A stretch of 64,000 nucleotides of DNA from Octopus vulgaris. Taxonomy: Eukaryota. The stretch is from assembly GCA_951406725.2 (NCBI GenBank), contig OX597822.1, positions 80,662,001 through 80,726,000 of the forward strand. The letters run 5' to 3'. The position numbers and the translations under genes were made by a program. Shown here piece after piece: positions 1-11,779 of this stretch (positions within the stretch are counted from its first letter, which is position 1; each line of letters starts with the position of its first letter). Below the pieces are notes generated by a model. It saw only the letters and a program-made list of their open reading frames with translations. It was not told the origin of the DNA and did not search any database.

Positions 1-30
1 CTTCTTCTTCTTCGTTTCTTCTCATCATCA

Positions 31-116
<86 letters not shown>

Positions 117-317
117 TTGTTGATGTTGTTATTATTATTATTACTATTGCTATTATTATCATTATTATTATTAATTCTCTCATCATCATCTTGATCATCA
201 TTATCGTCATTATCACCATCCTAGTTATCATTGGTACTGATGGTTGTTGTTGGTAGTGGTACTACCAACAGCAGCAGTAGTAGTAGCAGTGGTAGTGGTG
301 GTGGTGGTGGTGGCGGC

Positions 318-375
<58 letters not shown>

Positions 376-380
376 TTGCA
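1..380. repeat. Compound trinucleotide microsatellite (ATT/ATC/GGT/AGT)n
   Basis: Directly visible tandem triplets; explains the poly-L/T/S ORFs. Confidence 0.97.
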
Positions 381-472
381 ATGGTAAAATGTATCATTGC
401 AAATCTCCGCACTCACGGAAACAAGTATATAATTGACTCTAAAATATGTATATTTTTATGTATGAGTGTGTG

Positions 473-510
<38 letters not shown>

Positions 511-574
511 TGCATATTTATATATGTATACATAATCTCATATATGTACAAATATATGAATATATATGTATTCT

Positions 575-629
<55 letters not shown>

Positions 630-633
630 TGAG

Positions 634-670
<37 letters not shown>

Positions 671-1308
671 CATACTTAGATAGATAAATTGATATATAGA
701 TAGATATATACGTACATAGACAGAGATGCATAGATAGATCGATAGTCAGATAGATAGATAAATAGATAGCTATCGTTTGCGTATGTCTGTGTGCGTGTGA
801 GTGTATGTTGTATGTACACACACACACATATATATAGATATTTATATATATATGTAAATATCTGTATACATACATCTGTGAGCGTATGTGTATGTACATA
901 GCCACACACACACGCATATATACTTATATATCTACGTACAAAAAGAGGAAAAAAAGAGAATGTTAGTGCGGCAGAGAGGGAGAAAAAAATTTGGGAGATG
1001 AGTAATTTTTCCAGTATGCAATACTAATATGAACGAACATAATAATAGGAATCAATTTGTCGTCTATTTTAAGAACGCTATAAGATGATTTTGTCCTTTC
1101 CATATGCGAAATTCTAGAGCTTTCACGGGGAACAAAAGCGTGAATAAATGAAATGCTATATACATTCATCGGAACGAAAATATCCCAACACAACTTATAT
1201 AAAAGCATACACACTCACCAACTCAGTCACAAACACATATACACACACCTACACATAAATATATACGTATATACATATGTGTAGATATTATACACACACA
1301 CACAAAAC

Positions 1309-1358
<50 letters not shown>

Positions 1359-1374
1359 ATATGTTATTTTATGC

Positions 1375-1530
1375 TTTTATTTCTTTCAGTCATTTGACTG
1401 CAGCCACCACGTATTCTTTCTAAGCCTAGTACTTACTCTGTCGGTCTCTTTTGCCAAACCAGAAAATTACGGCGACGAAAACACATCACCATCGATTGTC
1501 AAGCGATGGTGAGGGGACAAACACACACAC
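1375..1530 (-). mobile_element. Composite tRNA-SINE (family S1), 3' module
   Basis: Matches, with deletions, the 3' module of the full minus-strand copy at 33661-33860 (tttcagtcatttgactgc…tcggtctcttttgcc…ggggacaaacac). Confidence 0.85.
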
Positions 1531-1544
1531 AATACATATATATG

Positions 1545-1615
<71 letters not shown>

Positions 1616-1870
1616 TATAAAATTTATAAATGCGGGTGAAAAACTTGATATCAGTTTAATAATACCATCAATTTAACATCAAGTGGCTTAGCACATAAAA
1701 ACCAATGGAAAATACAAATTTATACATAAATATTAGAGAGTGACCACTATGTGGTTCACTCTAGTGCTAAAAATAGCTCCGCTAATGGTATAGCCACTAA
1801 AAGTTGTTTCCAAGAAGAAATACCACTACATTTAACGTAAGGTAAGTGAAACACAACGAAAAAATAGATT

Positions 1871-1948
1871 AACCCTGAACAATTGTTTCATTATCAATGT
1901 AATATGCAATTTTACTTACATAACATCCATAAATCTTCAGCAGAAGTT
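1871..1948 (-). ncRNA. Type I minimal hammerhead ribozyme candidate
   Basis: Minus strand: TTCTG-CTGAAGA-TTTAT…ATAAT-GAAAC-AATT-GTT-CAGGG; palindromic loop 3; GUU triplet. Confidence 0.6.
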
Positions 1949-2291
1949 TGTCTTAAATACAATTTATTAAGTCGCTCGAGCGTCAAATACACGTGCGGTT
2001 TAATCGATTGTATTCGTAGTTATGATTCAAATTTCCCCGCCAAAAGATCGATAAGACTTACTGGAAACGAGTACTGCATAAAATATTTACTGCAGTATAA
2101 TTAAATTTATAAATTTTATATAAATTTTATAAATTTAATTATACTGCAGTAAATATTTGATGCAGTACTCGTTTCCAGTAAGTCTTATCGATCTTTTGGC
2201 GGGGAAATTTGAATCATAACTACGAATACAATCGATTAAACCGCACGTGTATTTGACGCTCGCTGCGACTTCATAAATTGTATTTAAGACA

Positions 2292-2369
2292 AACCTCTGC
2301 TGAAGATTTATGGATGTTATGTACGTAAACTTGCATATTACATTAATAATGAAACAAATGTTCAGGGTT
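2292..2369 (+). ncRNA. Type I minimal hammerhead ribozyme candidate (mirror copy)
   Basis: AACC(T)CTG-CTGAAGA-TTTAT…ATAAT-GAAAC-AAAT-GTT-CAGGGTT; stem I of 7 bp with one bulge. Confidence 0.6.
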
Positions 2370-2399
2370 AATCTATTTTTTCGTTGTGTTTCACTTACA

Positions 2400-2582
2400 G
2401 AAGAAAGAGTGGGAGAAAGAGTGGTGAAAGAGTACAGCAGGGTTCACCATCCCCTGCCGGAACCTCGTGGAGCTTCTAGGTGTTTTCGCTCAATAAACAC
2501 TCACAACGCCCGGTCTGGGAATCGAAAGCGCGATCCAGCGACCGCGAGTCCGCTGCCCTAACCACTAGGCCATTGCGCCTCC
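2400..2582 (-). mobile_element. tRNA-derived SINE (Arg-like head), partial
   Basis: Minus strand GGAGGCGCAATGGCCTAGTGGTTAGGGCAGCGGACTCGCGGTCG…TTCGATTCCC has A/B boxes and continues into a non-tRNA body. Confidence 0.8.
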
Positions 2583-2796
2583 AAATATATATATATATAT
2601 ATATATATACGAGAAAGAAGCAACAAGAATGGATTAATCCATTCTTGTTGCTTCTTTCTCGTTTATAATCACCCCACATTACTGTATGGTTAACACCATA
2701 TAGTTTTCTGGTGCATCTAAGTTAAGTACCACATTCAAGTAAGTTCATTGGAATTGACTTGAATCTTAATTGCTTTTATATATATATATATATATG

Positions 2797-2845
<49 letters not shown>

Positions 2846-2948
2846 GTATGTATATATATATATATGTATGTATATATATATATACATACATATATATACA
2901 TATATATATATATACATATATATATATACATACATATATATATATATA

Positions 2949-3035
2949 TGACAGGTTTCTCTCAGTTTCCGTCTACCAAATCCACTCACAGAAGACATTT
3001 GCCCAAGGCATGATGCAGTGGGTCTGAACCCGGAA
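2949..3035 (-). mobile_element. SINE S1, 5' module fragment
   Basis: cagtttccgtctaccaaatccactcaca…gcccaagg…gcagtggg…gaacccgg matches 33920-34020. Confidence 0.85.
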
Positions 3036-3256
3036 TATAAGCACCCACAAAATATGAATAAACATCGTGGAAAGTGATTGGCACTCCGAAAGAAGGTAAG
3101 GCAAGGAAATGCAAATTAAGGCTTTGAGATGATTAATTTGTCAAAGTAGAATAAGAATGAATATAGACGTAAGGAAGAAAAGAAACGAAAATCATTTGAA
3201 GAACGTATGTCCTTTTCCTATATACTGTTGAGGATGCTTATACATACACACATACG

Positions 3257-3257
<1 letters not shown>

Positions 3258-3337
<80 letters not shown>

Positions 3338-3342
3338 CTCTC

Positions 3343-3387
<45 letters not shown>

Positions 3388-3640
3388 TTACCTATCTATC
3401 TATCTACCTAGCCACCTACCTAGCTACCTCCCTATCTACCTACCTACCTACTTACCTACCCACCTACCTACCTGCCCTCCTTCCTACCTACCTACCTACC
3501 TACCTACCTACCTACCTATCTATCTACCTACCTACCTACCTACCTACCTACCTATCTATCTACCTACCTATCTACCTACCTACCTACCTACATACATACA
3601 AACATACATACCTTCCCACCTATCTATTTATCTATCTATC
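3258..3640. repeat. (TATC)n/(TACC)n tetranucleotide microsatellite
   Basis: Direct; source of the YLSI/YLPT ORF. Confidence 0.97.
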
Positions 3641-5001
3641 TGTCATCTCTTTACCTACGTCTGTAAGTCTGTCAGTCTACGTCACTGTTTATTTGATAAT
3701 TATGCATATACGTATGTATGCATATATGTATATATTCATGTATGTATGCATGCATGTATGTATGTATGTCATCATTGAGTATATTTTAGATTCTTAACAA
3801 TAGAGAAAGAATCGGTTTATAATCTAGATCCAAGACGCCTTCATTGGAATTTCAACATCAACAAGGGGGTATTTTTGTTTGTTTGTATGTATGTATGTAT
3901 GTGTGTATGTATGTATAGCATATTTTTTTTCAACTAGTATAGCTTACTGGCGTCATTATTTCTCTGAAAAATTTGAGAATATTAGGTATTTGTTTTGTCA
4001 ATATTCTTATGTTACTTCACGTAGCTTATCGATGGATCTTATCTAGTCATTCTATGGAACTGATATAACTCTTGGTTCAGTTTGAATATCCACTGAAACT
4101 ACTCTCTAGACTTCTCCGATCTGAGATCATAGCATCTGGTATGTATTAAGTATGTATTAATTTGTATGTATTAATTTAATTGCTGAAATAATGTTGTTTC
4201 TTTGCATTTAATGAAAGAAGCTAAACAGTTCTTTTATTAGGTTTTGTATTAATGGCAAAAATTATGCGGAAGACCTAAACACCTTTTATGCGAACCTCTC
4301 TGTATTCTATGCCATGTTTATGATGATGATGGCTTTAACATTCACCTAAAAAATTTCTGGATGCTGTTTATAGTTTAGACGCCCACCAATATGCTGGTAT
4401 ATATTTTATTAACGATATAGCGCCAACGTCAACAGTGCCGAAGCCTAAATCACCTAACGTAGATGGAGGATACTAAGTACACCATTAACGAAATAGTAAT
4501 CTATGACTGCTACCAGTAGAGATAAAATCATGTTGCAGACTTATCGCAGTGATCAAGGAATAAAATAAAAACGTTTGAGACACGGGCATAGCTTTGAAAA
4601 CAAACTACAAAACAGATTAGCGTTCGAAAAGCAGATAAATTTGTGTACTGTGAATAAAATTTCGTTCTGACATTTCAGACAAAAATGTCACAACAGAGAA
4701 CTCACTAAACACTAAGTCGTCTCTATGATGTATGAACTTAAACTGCAAGATGAGAAGGAGTCTGTAGGCGGTCGTTTGATATTGTAGAAATAGTAGACAA
4801 ATGGACACCGTATCACATATTGTTCTTTCAAAGAAGAAAGATATAAAAAGATGGTAGGTCCACTGTTGGAAATCATTTGAACACAAGTTTGCCCGATAGA
4901 TTTTAACATACTTGTATCCAACAATAAAGAAAAAAGTTGAGAGGAATATAATATGTATAATAATTCCTGTGTCTTCCTATTTCATGAATGTGTGTACTGC
5001 T

Positions 5002-5049
5002 TTGTGTGCATTTATGTAAAAACACACAACAGACTGCTTGATAAATAGA

Positions 5050-5106
<57 letters not shown>

Positions 5107-5365
5107 AGCTGTCTATGTATGAAGCAGTCTGTTGTGTGTTTTCATATAAATATGCACACAAGATGAAGACACCGCCTGGTAAATTAATTTTGTTTACTAA
5201 AATAAGTCAGAAACCATGGTTCAGGAAGAAGATGGCATATGTTTTTATTTTCATTCCCTTCGAGAATTTATCTCTAATTAGTGATTTGAAATTCAGCTGT
5301 TCTTTCTACCGTAAAGGATTCCTATGATAGAAACCTCTTAATGTGTTTAAATGTACACTGTATTT
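5002..5365 (+). mobile_element. Family B fragment with partial HHR, preceded by inverted arms around (TA)n
   Basis: 5200-5357 is the reverse complement of ~34490-34655 (AGTCAGAAACCATGGT…); 5002-5052 and 5109-5161 are inverted repeats. Confidence 0.75.
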
Positions 5366-5383
5366 TATACGTATGTATATATG

Positions 5384-5446
<63 letters not shown>

Positions 5447-5556
5447 GTATATATATGTATATGTATATATATATATATGTATGTATGTATATATATATAT
5501 ATATGTATGGATGTATATATGTATATATATAAATATATATAGAGAGAGAGATATAG

Positions 5557-5602
<46 letters not shown>

Positions 5603-6483
5603 GTAGATAGATAGATAGATAGATAGATTGATAGATAACCCAAGAACAAAGACAAACAAGAAAACACCGAAAATTTCCCGGACGTACTCAGTGAATCTGA
5701 AGTGGTATCAAAGGTTACCAAGACTAATTACGTTTGATAAAAAGTAACTTATTTTCGGGGATGACACTCGTGACAGGTAACGGCAGACGAAATACCGCTA
5801 AGAATTACGCCCGGCCTGCTAACGTTTCTGCCAGCTCGCCGCCTTCTAAGATCAAAGAGCTGACAGAAAGGTGGCTTTAAATGGTGCAACGTGATGGCCT
5901 TTACTTTGAATTCTCTTATTGTAAAATGCTGTAGAAAGCAAATAAGCTGTCAAAACATTGCAAAACATTTGATTCAATAACATATCGTCTGCAAAATATG
6001 TACATTCGTTGACAATTCACTTTTGGAGAAAGTCTTACTCGAAATATTCTTGGGTTTAATGACCATCGACAACAGCGACATAAGCAATATATATGTTTTC
6101 TCTTTTCTGTGTCAGCCCTATCCTTTCTCTAACCCACAAAAGTATCTACACACATGAAGATCTACATAAAATTCGTAAGAGCTAACATGCTCGTGTGCAC
6201 CAAGAAAAAGGTGGGTTAAGCATTGCCAGGCAGAAACATCGGCGATGAAGTCACTTGGAATATAACGTCATTTTAAGTCATAATGTACATTGAATTTTCT
6301 TGACCTTTTCTCAGTTGATCTATCTTTCTCTCAACATATTGTGTACATATAAATATGTGCGTCCACACGTGTTTGTGTATGTATGTATGTATGTATGTAT
6401 GTATGTATGTATGTATGTATGTATGCATGCATGTATGTATGTATGTATGTATGTATGTATGTATGTATGTATGTATGTATGTA

Positions 6484-6518
<35 letters not shown>

Positions 6519-6730
6519 ATGTGTGTGTATGTATGTATGTATGTATGTATGTATGTATGTATGTATGTATGTATGTATGTATGTATGCGTGTGTGCGTAT
6601 CTCACTCATTTTAAATATTTTCCTCTATTTGTCTACTTTTTCGTTCTTGTCGAAACACTGAATACAATTATAACTCCAACATGCTTAATATAAACATTTT
6701 ACTGGTACAAACACACCCACACGCTCCCCC

Positions 6731-6762
<32 letters not shown>

Positions 6763-7446
6763 TATTTATTTATTTATTTATGTATAGCTGTATATTAGTG
6801 TGCTTAATGACTACAAGAATGTTGCTATCAGTGAAATATACAAAAACAAGTTACAACAATTAGAGCAGGTGCGTCGAAAATAAGAGAAGCCTCCGCAGCA
6901 GCAGCAGCAGCCGCCAGCGTCACCACTACCAACAAGAACACCAACACCATCAAGTGTACCAATGACATGAAAATTAAAATGTGTGAGATGTACTCAATTT
7001 GGCCAGAGAAACTTCCTTATAAACGGTGTAGAGTGACATTATAAGGTGGGGTCCAAAAATAGGTTCACAGTTATTCACGAAGGCACTTTAAAGTTTCTCA
7101 TAAAACCTGTTATTACACTTAAATTTCTATCGTACGATTAACTAAAGTAGTATAGAATAATGGTTTCATATATATTTTTATAATTAAGATTTAAAATATT
7201 CCAGTTTATAAATAGAGGTATAGATACATTCATACGTACATATATACATACATACATGCATGCATACATACATACATACATACATACATACATACATACA
7301 TACATACATACGTACATGTATGCATATGTATATATATATATATATATATATAAATATATGTGTGTGTGTGCATGTATGTATGTATGCATATATATATATA
7401 ATATATATACGTGTGTGTGAGTGCATATATATTTATGTATATATAT

Positions 7447-7985
7447 ATGACTCCCCTTCACAAATACTGACAGGACACAGATAGTGTGTCTATAGCCAAC
7501 TGGAGGAGATATCTTCCTGGGGCTACAAACTACAGTAGCATCCACCCTTATGGGTTAGCCATATTCAAATGGCAAATATGCAACACGATGTGTTACCGCT
7601 ACTGTTTATAACTCGCTCTGAGATTTATCATTGTTTGATTTCACTTTTTCATTATCAGTGTCAAATCGACACTGGAAAAAGTATATGTATTTGTGAAGGG
7701 ATCTGACTTCTCGTCGACAACCATAATTGTCACACGCTGATGAAAGGTAAACACCTTGAAACTCGGGTACGTGTGTATCATGTGTTGAAGACGGGGAGGA
7801 TGACTCCCCTTCACAAATACTGACAGGACACAGATAGTGTGTCTATAGCCAACTGGAGGAGATATCTTCCTGGGGCTACAAACTACAGTAGCATCCACCC
7901 TTATGGGTTAGCCATATTCAAATGGCAAATATGCAACACGATGTGTTACCGCTACTGTTTATAACTCGCTCTGAGATTTATCATT
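7447..7985 (+). mobile_element. Retrozyme-like element (family A): ~1.5 tandem copies of a 353-nt non-coding monomer with a hammerhead
   Basis: 186-bp direct repeats at 7447-7632 and 7800-7985 appear identical; the HHR lies between them; (TA)n on both flanks; no credible ORF. Confidence 0.85.
7731..7775 (+). ncRNA. Type I minimal hammerhead ribozyme
   Basis: CACACG-CTGATGA-AAGGT(AAAC)ACCTT-GAAAC-TCGG-GTA-CGTGTG: intact core, 6-bp stem I, 5-bp stem II, minimal stem III, GUA cleavage triplet. Confidence 0.93.
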
Positions 7986-8053
7986 ATATATATATATTTA
8001 TATATAAATATATACATACATACACACACACGCATGCACACACACACACACAT

Positions 8054-8109
<56 letters not shown>

Positions 8110-8742
8110 ATATGCATACATGTATGTATGTATGTATGTACGTATTAATGTATCTATACCTGTACTGGAAACCCGTTATTTTCTCCAAGTAGAAGTGAAT
8201 CTTTATTTCCTTCAACAGAAAAGATCGTGTCAACAATCTAAAATGGCTATTTATGAGTGCATGTTGTGCAACAACTCAACATCCCTGATTACCCGAATAC
8301 ATTGTGCAAACAACCCTCAACTTAGATGTGAGCATCTCTTTGACTTCTTGTGAGAACTGTCTGCCTCAGGATTTTTAACGGTGCAGTGCAAAAGCTGGGT
8401 TGAGAGTCACCTAATTGAATTGGGCAGTCGTGGGATGTGTGGGAGACTTACTCATGAAATCTTTCCCTGACGTTGGAATCCCTGTTGAAGCGGCAGAATG
8501 CACGTTCCATAATTGAAACCATAGGGAATGCTACATGATGCCTTTCACTTAAATTCATAAGCAGTTAGGTATTGGTGTAGATTTGGAACCCGCAAATTAA
8601 TGATACTCGAATAGAAGATAGTGAGAATCTCGAAATCTCAGCAATGCCACTTAAATGATTGTATGTATTGCAGGGTATCTAATAGCTGCATCAGGCAACC
8701 TATACATGTATACGGGCGTACACATTCGTAAGCTCACACGTG

Positions 8743-8775
<33 letters not shown>

Positions 8776-8778
8776 AAG

Positions 8779-8836
<58 letters not shown>

Positions 8837-8843
8837 TATATGT

Positions 8844-8887
<44 letters not shown>

Positions 8888-9494
8888 GTAAGCTATATTA
8901 TATATATACACACACACACATATATATATATATTGTAATATTACGTCTTTATTTTATTTATCTTTATACATACGTACAGTCATACATACATCCATGCATA
9001 TATATGTATATATATATGTGTGTGTGTATGTATGTATGTATGTACGTATGTATGTATGTATGCATGTATGTACGTACATATGTATGTATGTATGTATGTA
9101 TTATGTATGTATGTACGTACGTTTGCATGCATGTATGTAGAAAGATAACAAATAAACAATGACTTTATCTTTCCGCTTTCTCAGACACAACTGAATTCGA
9201 TGCAAAATAAACCCGCTTCTTTGCCACATCTATGCATTGTCTTTTCAAGAATATTTGCAGTGATTTTATCTTTGACAGAAAACTAGATAGAATGGACGGT
9301 GGCGGGTATTTGTCTTCTTATAACTTTTGTTCTTTACTCCTGCGGCGAAATTGGTCGGAATTTGGAGGGGAATCGCACTAGAAACATTACTTCTTTATAT
9401 AACAAAGAATTGTGTTTAATGCTGTTCTACATGTATCTGAGTGAAAGTCTGTAAAGTCACATGTTTGAAGTTTGTGATTATATGTTTGTGTGAA

Positions 9495-9652
9495 GGCGCG
9501 AGCGTGGCTGTGTGGTAAGAATCTTGCGTACCGAACACACGGTTCCGGGTTCAGTCCTACTGCGTGCCACATTCGGCAAGTGTTTTCTACTATAACCTCA
9601 GGGGCATCAAAGCCTTTTCAGTGGATTTGATTTAACGGAAACTGAAAGGATC

Positions 9653-9691
<39 letters not shown>

Positions 9692-10088
9692 CGTGTGTGT
9701 GATTGTGTTTGTGCCTCCTATCAATGCTTGACATCAGCTGTTGGTAGGTTTACGTCCCTGTAACTAAGTGGTTCTGCAAACGATACTGATGGAATAAATA
9801 ACAGTCTTAAAATAATGAAGTATAAGGTTGATTTATTCGACTGAAAGTTCTTCAATGCGGTTCCCCAGCATGGCCGTTGCGTAATGATTGTAAAAATAGA
9901 CAGAGGGTATATTTTGTGTCTGTGTTTGTCTCCACCCCTGCCATCGCTCGGCACCGATGTTGGTGTGTTTACGTCCACGAAACTTAACGGTTCGCCAAAC
10001 GGACCGATATAAGTACTAGGCTTACAAAGAATAAGGTGGTGCTCCAGCATGGCCGCGGTCAAATGACTGAAACAAGTTAAAGAATAAA
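9495..10088 (+). mobile_element. SINE S1, diverged, with duplicated 3' module
   Basis: ggcgcgagcgtggctgtgtggtaag head, internal (TG)n, two cagcatggccg tails. Confidence 0.85.
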
Positions 10089-10105
10089 AAAATATGCATA
10101 TACAT

Positions 10106-10268
10106 GACAGGCTTTCTTATAGTTTCTTCCTACTAAATCCACTTATAAATCTTTAGTCTGCACGAGTCTATAACAGAAGGCACTCCACCAAGGATACACG
10201 CAATGGGACTGAACCCGGAACCTTGTGGCTGGGAAAGAAACTTCTTACTACATAACTTCGCCTGCGCC
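10106..10268 (-). mobile_element. SINE S1, 5' module
   Basis: Reverse complement of the S1 head (gggactgaacccggaacc…cctgcgcc). Confidence 0.8.
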
Positions 10269-11779
10269 AGTGGAAATAGTTTCTTTATAAACAATTGCTG
10301 CAGAGAAGTTTAGCGAATTATCTTACACCGTGAAATTGGGATCGTATTTTGGAGGAAACTATTTGGTAGAGTTTCATGGCACCTTTTATCCAATTGGCGA
10401 TGTTACTTGCTGTATCTTTTACCTCGCTTCTTCGCCCACTCAAATAATATCAATAAAAACGAGGAAGTTTACAAATTATTTGTCAGCTGAAAATTTATTT
10501 CGCTTTGCTCTGATTTCGTTATAAAACGAATCTCTGAATAGACAACGATAAAATATTCTTCAATGATAGTCGATGTGATAGCAGATTTCACACAAGTCAA
10601 CAGACAAATGTTTTATACGTTGCTTTCGAAATTAAAATTATGAGAGTGAAGTCTTTTGATGATTGCCGATAGAAAATAGGTGACAACTCTGATAAAGGAA
10701 TCATTCAACGAAAATAACCTTATGTTGGATGATTGCTGGTGTCACAGATATGGTAATAGTAGAAATATTTCAGCTAGGTAGAATGGTGCAAAAATGTGTC
10801 TTAATGAAAACACGATCGTTACCTTCTTATCATGTAGATGTCTCTATTGAGGATGTGCTGCTCAGAATAAGAAGAATGCTGTATCGAAGCAATTACTATT
10901 TTCAGAAAGCTTGGCAACACTTCTATCATACCCTATCGTCGAAAAGAAAAGCAAATTTTTCTGATGCCCACAGACTCACAGTGACTGCGTTCCATGTCAA
11001 CTATTTGGAGGTCAGTAACTACTGATACTGTTTAATCATTAATATCAAATGTCTTTGGTTTCAATTTCAACCCACTGGTGTTTCTGAAATTTAATCTGAA
11101 TGGAATCACTGATTACGAATGACTTTAGAGTAGCGATGTCGTTCTTTCAGACCTCTGCTCGTTCTCAACTATCCGGTTCAATGTTGTCGTTTCTCCCGTT
11201 AACATCGGTATCATTTTATTATAGAGGACTGAAATAGTCAACACCGAAATGTGCGCCGAAGCTCTGCAAATATCGCAAGGTCTGTTTTGCACAATTGTAT
11301 AGAATCAAAATACGTAAATACATGTGGAAATCGTAATGAAACTATAAAAGAAAGCAAACTAGTTTTTAATGTGTTCCGGTTGTGAGATAAAAAGAAAAAC
11401 TGGAAATGGGGTATTTACTAAAATATTCAAGCTGAAAAAATAATTCCCAATTTTTATGTATCACACCGTAATCTTATCACGATTTCTGCATCGACAGCTT
11501 CAGTAGACTGTCAATTCAGTTTTGTTTAACTCATAAAATACTTCGATTCAAAATGTAATACGAACTCAGTCTAAATATCGGCAATTTGAAAAAAGGTTTG
11601 GTTGTTATTTCTTGTACAACAAGTGAACACGTGATAGCTACCACATCGGCTCAAGCTGGTGGAGATCTAAACAGCAGGGTGCCTGAAGAAATGTTTCCGT
11701 ACTTAGTTACGACCACTTATGTTCTGAGAGCGGCAGAACAATTTCTTCAAAAATAACACAGATTACCTTAATCGTAAAA

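Larger units (their letters stand above)
1625..2398 (-). mobile_element. Hammerhead-bearing non-coding element (family B) with fold-back duplication
   Basis: Shares agtggcttagcac and gtgctaaaaatagc motifs with 34391-34620; abuts (TA)n; carries a 557-bp palindrome with an HHR in each arm. Confidence 0.7.
1842..2398. repeat. Near-perfect 557-bp palindrome, essentially no spacer, centre ~2120
   Basis: gtaagtgaaacacaacg… (1842) is the reverse complement of …cgttgtgtttcacttac (2398), with only scattered mismatches. Confidence 0.97.

Noticed and set aside
2510-2582. Possible tRNA-Arg gene
   Set aside because: Acceptor stem does not close and the sequence runs into a SINE body.
7138-7898. Duplicated ORFs starting MDATVVCSPRK (minus strand)
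   Set aside because: By-product of the 186-bp direct repeat; not preserved in the diverged family A copies.
8450-8540. Minus-strand GTAAGT donor with short open frames (LWNVHSAASTGIPT)
   Set aside because: No clear acceptor or convincing homology; may be decayed transposase.
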